The notes under the pieces were generated by a model that saw only the letters and a list, made by a program, of their open reading frames with translations, was not told the DNA's origin and ran no database searches. The position numbers and the translations under genes are program-made. A DNA stretch of 64,000 bases from Malacoraja senta (Eukaryota): positions 10,294,001 through 10,358,000 of the forward strand of contig CM075995.1 of the NCBI GenBank assembly GCA_038087875.1. The letters are read 5' to 3'. This document shows positions 51,129 to 63,481 of this stretch, in pieces. The number at the start of each line of letters is the position of its first letter. Position 1 is the first letter of the stretch.

Positions 51129-54100
51129 TGTACGATGGTAACTCCAACAGACTGTGAGTATTCAGAAGCGATCGCCGACTCCATTCACATGCGATGTCGT
51201 CCTCTACAAATTTCAATATTACTGTTGCAATGATAAAATGATCAAATTGCATAAAAAAAACTGTGCTGCGCTCAACCAGATGCTAGGAAAAATGATACAA
51301 AGCCGTTGTCCAATTGGCCAGTGTCATGAGCTGCTGACGTACTTCCATCGCGATGTGTTCAATAAAAGCAGATGCATAAATAAGACATTTAAGTTAATTC
51401 AAGTTATGAAATGATGAACAAACGGATTGCAGTAGTAATGTTCAGCTAACCAATGCCTATGAGTGATGATCATGCAGGCTCAAGCTACTCAGGGCTACCT
51501 GGGTGTCGGAACGAAATGCAGGTGCATGTTTAATCCGAAGATAGACATACAAACTGGAGTAACTCAGCGGGTCGGACAGTAACTCTGGAGAAAAGGAATA
51601 GCAAACGTTTCATAGATATACAGATACTTAAACAATAGGTGCAGGAGTAGGCCATTCGGCCTTTCGAGCCAGCACCGCCATTCATGTGATCATGGCTGAT
51701 CATCCACAATCACTACCCCGCTCCTGCCTTCTCCCGATACCCCTTGAATCCGCTGGCCCTTGGCGCTCTATCTAACACTCTTTTAAATGCATCCAGTGAA
51801 TCGGCCTCCACTGCCTCCCGAGACAGAGAATTTCACAAATTCACAACTCTCTGGGTGAAAAAGTGTTTCATCATCTCAGTACTGAATAGCCTACCCCTTA
51901 TACTTAAACCGTGGCCCCTGGTTCTGGACTTCCACAACACCGGGAACGTGTTTCCCGCATCTAGCTTGACCAATCCCTCAATAATTTTATATGTCCCTAT
52001 AAGTTCCTCTCTCATCCTTCTGAATTCCAGTGAATATAAGCCCAGTCGCTCAATTCTTTCAGCATCTCGTCATCCCGTGAATTAACCTCGTAAACCTACT
52101 CTGCACTCCCTCAATAGCAATAATGTTCTTCCTCAAATTAGGAGACCAAAACTGCACATAATGCTCCAAATGTTGTCTCACCAGGGCCCTGTACAACCGC
52201 AGAAGGCCCGCTTTGCTCCTGTACTCAACTCCTCTCGTTATGAAGGCAAATATGCAATGAGCTTTCTACACTGCTTGTTGTACCTGCGTGCTTACTTTCA
52301 GTGACTGGTGTACAAGGACACCCAGGTCACGTTGTACTCCTCTTTTCCTAACATGACACCATTCAGATAATAATCTCCTTCCCGTTCTTCCCACACATAT
52401 ATCCACATTATACTGCATCTGCCACGCATCTGTCCACTCACCCAACCTGTCCAAATCACGCTACATCCGCATAGCATCCTCTTCACAGTTCACACTGCCA
52501 CCCAGCTTTGTGTCATCTGCAAATTTGCTAATGTTACATAATTCCTTTATCTTAATCATTAATGTATATTGTAAATAGCTGCGGTCCAAGCACCGAGCCT
52601 TGCTGCACCCCACTAGTCACAGCCTGCCATTCAGAAAGGGGCCCGTTAATTCGTACACTTTGTTTCATGTCTACCAACCAATTTTCTATCCATGTTAATA
52701 ACATACCCCCAATATCATGTGCTCTAATTTTACCCACTAATATTCTGTGTGAGACCTTAGCAAAGGCTTTTTGAAAATCCAGGTACACTACATCCACTGG
52801 CTCTCCCTTGTCCATTTTACTTGTTACATCCTCAAAAAATTCCAGAAGATTTGTCAAGCATGATTTCCCCTTCGTAATTCCATGCTGACTTGAACCGATC
52901 CAGTTACTGCTATCTAAATGCGCCGCTTTATTACATCTTTGATAATCGACTCCAGCACCTTACCCACAACTGATGTCAATCTGACTGGTCTAAAATTGCC
53001 TGCGTTCTCTCTCCCTCATTTCTACAAAAGTGGAATAACCCTACAATCCAAAGGAACCGATCCAGAATCTATAGAACATTGGAAAATGATCACCAATGCT
53101 TCCACGGTTTCGAGAGCCATTTCCGTGAGTACCCTGGGATGCAGACCATCAGGCCCCGGGATTTATCAGCTTTCTGACCCATCAGTCTACCCAACACCAT
53201 TTCCTGACTAGTTAGAATTTTCTTCAATTCCTCCATCACTTTAGCCATTTGTCCCCTAGTACACCCGGGAGATAGTTTGTGTCTTCCTTCGTGAGGACAG
53301 AACCAAGCTACCTGTTCAACTCGTTTGCCATTTCCTTGTTCCTTGTTCACCTGTTCTGTCCTCAAGGGACCCACATTTGTCTTAATAATAAATAATAATA
53401 ATAAATAATAAATACTTAACTAATTTTAACTAATTAACTCTTAACTAATGTTCTCCTCTTCATATACTTAAAGAAGCTTATACTATCCTCTTTTATATTC
53501 TTGGCTAGCTTTCCTTGTTACTTCATCTTTTCTCCCCGTATTGCCTTTTTAGTTACCTTCTGTTGTTCTTGAAACGTTGCCCAATCTCCTGGCTTCCCGC
53601 TCTCTTTGCTATGTTATACGTCTTCTCTTTTATTTTTATACTGTCCTTGACTTCCGTTGTCGCCTCTTACTCTATTGAACACGTGATTCAATTGCTCAAC
53701 TTTAGGCAGAAGCAGGAAAGTTGTTCGGTAGCAGTATTCACGCCTGAGCAGCCCTATTTAGGATCCACTCTGCTCACCCTGAACTGGGAAGGCGCTAGAA
53801 AAGAAATAGTCTGCTTCGACTCCTCCTGTCTGGAAAGCCGCATCCAGAGGGATCACCATCATGCGGTCGAAAATCATCAAGAAGTGAAACTATGAAACTC
53901 GGAACTTGGAATATACGAACTCTGATGGACAACCCAAACTCAGACCGACCCGACAGAAGAACCGCCTTTGTTGTTCGGGAACTCCGAAAATTCAGCTTTG
54001 ACATCGTTGCTCTGAGTGAGAACCGCAGAGCTGGAGAAGGGCAACTAAAGGAAGATCAAGGTCAATACACCTTTTTCTGGAAAGGTCTTGATCTTGGACA

Positions 54101-55062
54101 ACCGAGGATCCACGGAGTAGGTTTTGCCATCCGAAACAGCCGACTTCAGAAGCTGACAGAACAATAACAGGGAATCAACGAACGTCTTATGACTCTACGA
54201 ATCCAGCTCGTCAAGAACCAATACACCACCATCATAAAGGCCTATGCTCCAACTCTGGACGATGAAGATGAAGTAAAGGAGAACTTCCACGTCCAACTTG
54301 ACGACGTACTTTCCTCTGTTCCCAACGACGACTAGATCATTCTCTTAGGAGACTTCAATGTCAGAGTCGGGAAAGATCATTGGCACTGGATCGGAACAAT
54401 CGGCAAGGAAGGAGTTGGTAAGGTCAATGTCAATGGAATACTCCTACTCACCAAATGTGCTGAACACAACCTGTTGGTTACAAACACCTTATTTCGCCAG
54501 AAAAAAACAGGCACAAAGTCCACGTTTCCAAACACTGGCACTTCATCGACTACATCATCGTACGATCCCGTGACCAACAAGATGTACTGAAAATAAGAGC
54601 TGTTCCTGGTGAACTAGTGCAGGACAGACCATCGTCTCATCTCCTCCACCATGGGAATGAAGAATCGGCCCAAAAGGAAATATCAAAACCAGAACATCAT
54701 CATGAAATTCAATGTTGACGTCGTTCAAGACATCAACCATGTACAGAAGTTTCAACAAAAACTTAAGTTTAAGTTTAAGTTTACATTTATTGTCACATGC
54801 AATAATTTGTACAGTGAGATTTGAGTTACCATACAGCCATACGAATAAAAAGAACACAACACATGATAGAATTTAACATGAACATCCCCACTCAGCGGAA
54901 TCAACATTTCCCATTGTGCGGGAAGGCCCTCTGGTTCCTCATCTTCCTTTCATCTCCCCCCCCCCACCTTGCATCAGTCTGAAGAAGGGTTTCAGCCCAA
55001 AACGTTGCCTATTTCCTACGCTCCATAGATGCTGCCGCACCCACTGAGTTTCTCCAGCACTT

Positions 55063-55678
55063 TTGTCTACCGTCAACCACTTATTTATCTCCTCCCGCCT
55101 TGATTACTCCAACTCCCTTTACACTGGCATCAGCCAATCATCCCTGTTCCGCCTGCAATTGGTCCAAAACGCCGCAGCGAGACTTCTGACAGGCACCCGA
55201 AAAAGATACATCACCCCGATAATGGCCTCTCTCCACTGGCTCCTAGTGCGGTTCAGAATCAATTTCAAGCTCCTCCTTTATGTATACAAAGCCCTTAACG
55301 AGCTTGCCCCCACCTATATCAGAAATCTGCTAACCCGCCATACTACTTCCAGGTCCCTCAGGTCGGCCGACTTGGGGTTACTGACCATCCCGCGGTCGAA
55401 GCATAAGCTCAGGGGCGACCACGCTTTTGCGGTTGCAGCACCCAGACTATGGTACAGCATCCCTCTTCCCATCAGAACTGCCCCCTCCATCAACTCTTTT
55501 AAGTCTAGACTTAAAACGTATTTCTACTCACAAGCGTTTCTTGAGGTCCTCTGAGGGAGCGCTGCATGTATGTATTTATGTATGTATTGTTAGATCTATA
55601 TGCCACTGATGTAAAGCACTTTGGTCAACGTGAGTTGTTTTAAATGTGCTATAGAAATAACATTGACTTGACTTGACT
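55063..55678 (+). mobile_element. L2-clade LINE 3' fragment nested in the RTE
   Basis: SRLDYSNSL...LQLVQNAAARLL...LHWL...FKSRLKT; (TTGAC)n tail. Confidence 0.8.
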
Positions 55679-55720
55679 CAACAAATCCCACCATCTATCG
55701 AAGAACGCTGGAATCTATTG

Positions 55721-56720
55721 AAGTAAGTAAGTAAGTATATTGGCCAAGTATTCACATACAAGTAATTTGCCTTGGTGCTCCGTCCACAAGTAACAACATG
55801 ACATACAGTGACAGTTACGAATGATTCCGAAAACACTAAACACTAATAATAATAATAATAATAAGACATTAATGATAAAACACCATTGATCAAGAATGTG
55901 AACCAACAAAATACAAGATTAAAGAGAGGCTACAGATTTTTGGCTGTTGAGTAGAGCAACTACTCGTGGATAAAAACTGTTTTTATGTCTGGCTATGGCA
56001 GCTTTGACAATCCGGAGTCGCCTTCCAGAGGGAAGTGATTCAAAGAGTTTGTGGCCAAGGTGAGAGGGGTCAGAGATGATCTTGCCCGCTCGCTTCCTGG
56101 CCCTTTCAGTGTACAGTTCATCAATGGAGGTAAGGTTGCAGACAATAATCTTCTCTGCTGATCGGATGATACGCTGCAGCATCCAGGCGTCGTGCATGGT
56201 GGCTAAACCAAACCAGACCATGATGGAGAAGCTGAGAACAGACTCTACGATGGCCGTGTAGAATTGGACCATCATTGCCTGTGGCAAAATGTGCTTCCTC
56301 AGCTGCCGCAGGAAGTACATCCTCTGTTGTACCTTTTTGACTGTGGAGTCGATGGTAGCCCCCCACTTAAGGTCCTTGGAGATGATGGTTCCCCGGAATT
56401 TAAAAGACTCCACAGATGTGACTGTGGTATTGTTGACGGTGAGTGGGGTGAGGGGAGGGGGAGCTCTCCTAAAGTCTACAATCAATTCCACTCTCTTAAG
56501 AGCATTGGGCTCTATATTGTTGCTACGGCACCAGGACGCCAGCTGTGACACTTCCTGTATGTAGGCAGATTACTCTCAATCCTGGATCAGTCCAATCAGG
56601 GTTTTGTCATCCGCAAACCTGAGAAGCTTGACAGATGTGTCTGTGGAGGTGCAGTCGTTGGTGTAGAGAGAGTAGAGGAGAGAAGAGAGTACGCAGCTTT
56701 GCGGTACTCCTACGCTGAGC
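55721..56720 (-). mobile_element. Rex1/Babar-like LINE 3' fragment nested in the RTE
   Basis: ORF 55919-56551 WC..N...ELIVDFRR...QRMYFLRQLRK...LPSGRR; (AAGT)n tail on + strand. Confidence 0.8.
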
Positions 56721-59700
56721 GTTTGCGAAGAACGCTATCATCGCCTCCTGCAAGGAAACAATTCGGTTCAAATAAAACAACATCAGGATTGTTTTGACAA
56801 TAATGACAAACAACTCCAACAACTCCTCGATGAAAAGAGAAACGTTTTCATCACCTTAGAAAATGACCAACAGTCGGCTACCAAAAGGAAGTGCTATCGG
56901 GAATGCAAGGCCGCAGTTCAGAAGAGCACCCGAAACCTGAAAAATCAATGGTGGAGGGAGAAAGCTCAGGAAATCCAACAACTAGCAGACGCCAACGACA
57001 CTCGAGGCTTTTTCAACGCCACCAAAGCCATTTTTGGTCCATTCATCACTGTCAAGCCCCTTTCAGATGCAAAGATGGATCAACCATCCTGAAGAGCGAT
57101 GCTGACATCAATTCTAGATGGAGGGAGCACTTTGAAGACCTTCTAAATCAAACCGCCTCATTTGACAGGAATGTGATCAACAACATTCCAAGCAGCCTGT
57201 TGACGACTCCCTAAGCAGATTACCATCACTTGAAGTCAAGAAAGCCATCAAAACCTTGAAAAACAACAATGCAGCTGGACTGGATGGAATATCAGCCGAG
57301 GTCTACAAAATTGGAACCTGCTCCATTACCAACTGCATCAACTTTTCATCAAGATCTGGATAAATGAAGATTTACCAAGAAACTTTAGAGACTCAGCAAT
57401 CGTTACCATCTACAAAAGGAAAGGCGATCGGACTGCGGAAACTATCGTGGAATGTCTTTATTAGCAACAGCAGGCAAGGTCCTCGCCCGCATCATGAACA
57501 ACCGACTCAAGCCTTTAGCGGTGAAGATCCTTCCATAGACCCAAGCCGGTTTTAGACTATCACGTGGAACAGCCGACATGATCTTCACGATGCTTCAACT
57601 ACAAGAACAATGTTGTGAACAACTTCAACCTTTGTACATGGCATTCATCGACCTCACTAAGGCCTTCGGCTCGGTATCAAGGGAACTCTTATGGGACATC
57701 CTATCCACATTTGGATGTCCTGAAACGTACATTGGAATCTAGAGATCCTCCACGATGACATGCTTGCACAGTCATGGCTCGCAACAGAAACTGTGAGCCG
57801 CTTCAAGTCAGATCAGGAGTGAAACATGGATGTGTGATTGCCCCAACACTGTTCACCATCTTCATTGCGACAACCATCCACATCATCCAGGACGACCTAC
57901 CCCCAGGAATAGAAATCGTCAACAGAAAAGATGGCAGACTTGTCAATCTTGCCGGTCTCTAGTCCAAAACTAAGACATCTATGTGCTCCCCCATCGAGTT
58001 TCAATACGCAGATGACAAATGTGTTGCAGCTCTCTCAGACAATCATCTGCAACAGATCCTGACTGCCTTCAACAGAGTATACACGAAACTTGGACTTACC
58101 ATCAACTCCAAGAAGACCCAGGTTATCTGCCAATCGTCACCAACTGAGACCACTCGGAAAGAACCGTCAATTCAACTTCGTGAAACAACCCTGGAAAATG
58201 TGGATCACTTTCCATATCTTGGAAGTCACCTCTCCTCCAATATCGACCTTGATGACGAGATCCAACATCGTCTTAAGTGTGCTGGAACAGCTTTTGGACG
58301 TCTTCGAACGAGAGTCTTTCAAAATCGTGACATCCGAACAGACACCAAAATGTTAGAGTACAAGGCAGTAGTGATTCAAACGCTCATGTATGCATCAGAA
58401 ACCTGGACACCATACCGACGTCATCTGAAAACACTTGAAAAGTTCCATCGACGATGTCTTCGAAGCAGCTTAAATATCAGTCGGGAAGACAGAAGAACCA
58501 ACGTCAGCGTGCTGAATGTAGCAAACACATCTAGCAACGAAGCCTTCGTCATCAAGAACCAACTAAGATGGGTCGGTCATGTTGTTCGGATGGAAGACGA
58601 GCGTCTACCAAAGCAAACCTTCTACTCCCAGCTTAAATGAGGCAAACGGAAAAGAGGTGGACAAAAGAAGAGATTCAAAGACGCCTTAAAAGCCAGCATG
58701 AAGAAATGTGAAATCGACATCGACAATTGGGAAACCAATGCCAAGGACAGGCAACTCTGGCGAACCATCATCCAAGAAGTAACAGTGATATTCGAAGCCA
58801 AGAGATGCGCAGAATTAGAAGAAAATAGAAGAAAACGGAAAGAGAGGCAGCAACAATCAAACCCCGATTTTCCTCCTGGAATTACCTGTCCTGAATGTCA
58901 AAGAACTTGCAAAGCCAGGATTGGCCTCATAAGCCACCTGAGAGTCCATAAATACAACAGAACGTAAAAACAACAAAATGTAGACCATCATCGTCGACCT
59001 CGAGGGATAGCCACGACGATCGACGACTATTCTGCATCTTCAGGATTATTCCCAGGAATACCTGCCATTGCTGTTCCACCGTCATCCCTGCTAGGGTATC
59101 TTTCCAGTCAACTTTGGCCAGCTGCTCCCTCAGGCCTCCATTATCCCCTTTGTTCAAATGCAATACTGACACTTCCGAGTTTACCTTCTCTCTCTCAAAT
59201 TGCAGATTAAAACATATCATATTATGGCCACATCCTCCTGTCACAGCCTCCTAATGGTTAATTTGCCTTGAGTTCCATTATTAAATCCGGTTCATTACAT
59301 CACACTAAATCCAGAATTGCCTGCTCTCTGGTAGGCTCCAGTACAAGCTGCTCTAAGAATCCATCAAGGAGGAACTCTACAAACACCCTTTCTTGGGGTC
59401 CAGCACCAACCTGATTTACCCAGTCCACCTGCATGTTGAAATCTTCCATAATCACCGTAGTATTACCTTTGTTACATGTTATTTTAATTCCTGATGCAAT
59501 TTGCACCCTATCTCCAGGCTACTGTTTGGGGGTCTGTACATAACTCCCATGAGGGTCTTTTTACCCTTACAATTTCTCAGTTATATCCTCAATGACTCTA
59601 CATCTTCTGATTCTATGTCACCCCTTGCAAGGGGCTGATTTTCATTCCTTTCCAACGGAGCCACCCCAACCCTCGGCCCACCTGTCTGTCTTTTCCATAG

Positions 59701-60310
59701 GATGTATATCCCTAAATATATAGAGTTCCCAGCTCTGATCTTCTTGCAGCCATGACTGTAATTCCCACAACATCGTACTCACCAATTTTTAGCTGAGCCG
59801 CAAGCTCATCCACTTTATTTTTCATACTTCGTGCACTCATATATAACAAATTTAACTCGGTAATCACCTCCCCTCTCACTTCGGTTCCTCTTTCACTCTT
59901 ATCCCTTCATGAACTTTCCGTCCCATTAATTGGGTTTTCTTTCGTAACTTTTCCTGTACTCTCTTCCCCTATAACTGCATCCTAATTCTTCAATTTGCAA
60001 CCCCTCCTTCTCACTATTTAGTTTAGTGTAATCAGTCTGAAGAAGGTGCTCGAGGAAACGTCACATATTCATTTTCTCCCCAGACGCTGTCTGACCAGCT
60101 ACGCTACCTACGTATCCGGAAGCTCTACTGTTTCTAGCCATCTGTTAGGAACACGAGCAAGTGGATACGATGCCGGCAATTGCCGTGGTAGCCCCACATA
60201 TCCACGCAACGTGTCACCAGTGCACCGGCACAGGCCTGTGATAATATTTGACACACTTCCTCATACGCATGATGGAGACAGTGGAATCTCACCTTTAAAT
60301 CCTCATCTTT

Positions 60311-62366
60311 GTCTATGGTTGAAGGTTTAAACGATGGGTTATTAACTATTGGTATTGAGAGAGATAGGTTTCTTAATTTTAGATTCTGTTTTATTTGTTT
60401 CCATGTTCTAATTGTGCTATTTATAATTGGGTTTTTATTATAATTTTTATTATTCAAATTTATTGGAGAGAGAATAATCGCTCCTATATTACTCGGGGAA
60501 CAGTCCCCTTTTTCCATTATAATCCAGTCCGCCTGCTGGGCAGAATTGTCCAGCAGGTGAATCATATTTTTAATATTTACTGCCCAATTATAATACATAA
60601 AGTTAGGGAGCGCGAGACCCCCCAACTCTTTTCGTTTATTAAGGTGTGCTCTTTGTATTCTATGGGATTTATAATCCCATATAAAATTTGTAATGTCTGA
60701 GTCCAATTTTTTGAAAAACTTTTTGGGGAGATATATGGGTATTGATTGAAATAGGTATAGGATTTGTGGTAAGAAAATCATTTTTATAGCATTTATTCTG
60801 CCTATTAAGGACATCGGAAGCGTTTTCCAGAATTTAATCATATTATTTAATTTCTTAAGTAAGGGATTATAATTGGCTTTAAACATATCCTGGTAATTTC
60901 AAGTAATTTCAATTCCCAAATATTTGAATTTTTCTGTAGCTATTTTAAAGGGGAATTTCCTGAGGTGTGTTGAGTCTTTTGGTTTTATCGACATAATTTC
61001 ACTTTTGTTCCAGTTTATTCTATATCCTGAGAAGGATCCAAAGTCCTCAATTAAATTTAATATATTTGGTATATTAATTTGTGGTTTTGTGATGTACAAT
61101 AGTACATCATCCTTCAACCATAGACAAATCATTTATACAATGGGAAATAATGGGAATCAAAACGCTCGAAGATCTGTATGAATTGGGAAAATTACTATCA
61201 TTTCAACAACTACAACTGAAATATAATTTGAAAAATAATCAATATTTTAAATATCTACAAATTCGTGATTACCTGAAAAAATACACAAAAGACTATCATA
61301 ATATGCCTTCCGACTTACTAGATGATGCAATGAAGACAAAGGCGGAATCAGCTAATCTAATATCGTACTTATATAATATCATTTTACACATAGAAATACC
61401 CACAACAGATGGAATTAGAAGAGACTGGGAACAAGAATTAGCTATAAAAATTTCAAAAGAGAGCTGGGATAACCATTTACTACAGGTGCATAAATGTTCG
61501 ATCAACATACGACATACGCTCATCCAATTCAAAACATTACATAGACTATATTATTCAAAAACTAAATTAAATAAAATCTTTCCTAATGTTTCACCAATCT
61601 GTGATAAATGTCTATGTCAAGAAGCTACCATAGCGCATTCTTTTGTTTTTTGTACAAAAATCCAAAAATTCTGGTATGAAATATTTGATATTTTCTCAAA
61701 ATTAATTAAAATAAAACTGGTACCAAAACCAGAATGGATCATTTTTGGAATATCGGAAGGTATCCCTGAATTAAACGTGTATCAGAAGAACTTATTCAAT
61801 TACGGGCTAATAATTGGAAAAAAGCTCATACTTAAATTCTGGAAAAATGCGCCCACACCAACAATAAAAATGTGGACATCAAATATGATGGAAACATTAC
61901 ATCTGGAAGAGATGAGATTCCTCTTAGCAGGTAAAGCGGAACAATTCCAAAAGACGTGGTCTACGTTTCTGGACCTATTACAAGCATGAGGTGCAATAGT
62001 AATTTAAAAAATAAATAGATAAAGAAATGGTATCAGGACCTGGTAATGGGAGGTAAAGCAATAAAAACAGACTTGGTTGGTGGTTCCCTTTCAGCGATTG
62101 TTCCTACTCTCTTTTTCTTTCTTTTCTAGGATCTACTTTCTTACTTTACTTCCTTCTCTAACTTCTTTTCTAAGGGGCTTTCTTTTCACAACACTCTCTT
62201 GCACTTCACGACTCTTGCGCACTTTCTTTACTTTTCTTACTTCTATCTTTCTCTTAAAGCTCAAAAAAATGAAGCGGTATAAAAAATGTATTAAGATATA
62301 AGTGTTGTGCATTACTGTAATTTACCGTACTTCTAATAAAAATAATTAAAAAAATAAAAATAAAAA
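60311..62366 (+). mobile_element. L1-clade LINE with 5' inversion, inserted just upstream of exon B10
   Basis: Inverted ORF2 piece 60311-61110 (- strand; DDVLLY, YRINWNKS, WKTLPMSLIGRINAIK); sense ORF 61150-61989; A-rich tail; TSD AAATCCTCATCTTT at 60297-60310 and ~62368-62381. Confidence 0.9.
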
Positions 62367-62386
62367 AAAATCCTCATCTTTTTCAG

Positions 62387-62547
62387 TTGTGGAATCGTTG
62401 ATTCGGTTTTCGGGACGACATTGACCTTCAATTGCGGTGGATTTGTCGGTCGATATGTGAACATCATTATCCCAGGCCCGGATAAAACATTAACCCTGTG
62501 CGAAGTTGAAATATTTGGTTCAGAACTCCCGTACTTACATGGAAAAG
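62387..62547 (+). CDS. F-type lectin exon B10
   Basis: tttcag|TTGTGGA...AAAG|gtaggc; CGIVDSVFGTTLTFNCGGFVGRYVNIIIPGPDKTLTLCEVEIFG. Confidence 0.88.
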
Positions 62548-63201
62548 GTAGGCTGAGCTTCCCGCCGAGCCTCTGGTTGTACACTGCCGCACAGCTTAGT
62601 TGAAAGTTTCTCGCACTGATGATGTCTGAGGATACCTTCCTTATTGAAGCGCAGTACCGTCTCTCCCAACCCTCTGCTCTTTGGCTTTCGTAGTTTACTC
62701 GTCAGATTTGGACCCTCGCTGTGTCCGAAAATGAAATTCCTGAGTCACTCGATGTATACGCCGTCATCCATTTCGTCTGCAGACCTTATGCTGATAAACA
62801 CCATCCTGGCATCAAAAAATCACACACCGATTGAAGCACGCGTGGAGAGTATCTCCCCGTTACATGACTACAGAACGGCCCTCCCTTGAGTTGTAGTGCA
62901 ATCTCGATATTTTAACCTGCCTCAGCGCGGTTCTCAGACTAAAGTTCTCCAGCCCTATTACCACAACACCATACACCATATTATGCAATCTATTGCTTTA
63001 TTTCTACTTTACCAGTTGCTCTTGTGTGCGGCTCATTGCACTGATGTACAGAACGTACAGTACAAAGAAGTGTTTGCACTGCATCTCGCTTCCCTTGGCC
63101 ACACAAAAGCAAGACGAATATGAATGAAATATACTGATAACCCAACCCCTGATAGAAGAAATACCTCCATCGGTATCAGTAAAGTGTTTCCCACCTAACA
63201 G

Positions 63202-63481
63202 AAAACGTGGCGTTGGGAGCAAGTCCGACCCAGTCCAGCACGGATGAAGGGGCAGGTGCTGAGCGAGCCAATGATGGGAACATCGACAGCGACTTCAGGC
63301 ATGGTTCATGCGCACGCACCAGGAAATCCAAGGACCCCTGGTGGAGAGTAGATCTAAAGGAAAGCTACAACGTGTCAGATGTAAGAATCACCAACAGAGC
63401 AGACTGCTGCTCGGACCAGCTCCAAGGAGCAGAGATCCGCATCGGGGACTCGCTGGAGTACGATGGCAATTCCAACAGACT
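63202..63481 (+). CDS. F-type lectin exon A11 (partner B exon lies beyond the window)
   Basis: taacag|AAAACGTG...AGAC T|gtaagt; NVALGASPTQSSTDEGAGAERANDGN...NRADCCSDQL. Confidence 0.9.

Larger units (their letters stand above)
49428..51153 (+). pseudogene. Dead lectin exon A: 5'-deleted and split into three pieces by two CR1 insertions
   Basis: 49428-49490 NSDSVLRHSSCARTSKSKNPW; ~50436-50540 RVDLKESNNMSDVRITNRADYCAAHLRGAE followed by an internal deletion; ~51132-51153 DGNSNRL|gtgagt. Confidence 0.85.
53680..59028 (+). mobile_element. Near full-length degenerate RTE (BovB-like) LINE with nested insertions
   Basis: APE start MKLGTWNIRTLMD...DIVALSE (53892); RT QYADD (57981-58640); C-terminal CPEC...HLRVH zinc finger; (ACG)n-like tail at ~59013. 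Confidence 0.85.
51612..60020 (-). mobile_element. Degraded CR1 split by an RTE insertion (CR1 parts at ~51612-53670 and ~59030-60020)
   Basis: RT motifs at 52552-52857; endonuclease remnants TVIMEDFN...ILDLV at 59300-59506. Confidence 0.75.
1..63481 (+). other. Multi-exon gene (internal part only) encoding a tandem array of at least 12 F-type lectin (fucolectin/FTP) domains
   Basis: Alternating A and B exons with AG/GT boundaries and matching phases (B ends ...G|gtagg, A starts AA AAC giving E-N-V/L-A; A ends CT|gtaag, B starts C/T TGT giving L-C). Hallmarks QSST, ANDGN, PWWR(V/I)DL, ITNRADCC and GRYV...LTLCEVE. No stop codon in any exon. Confidence 0.9.

Noticed and set aside
1..63481. Assigning a gene symbol or a pentraxin-fusion identity
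   Set aside because: No pentraxin, transmembrane or signal exon is visible in the window, so orthology cannot be determined.
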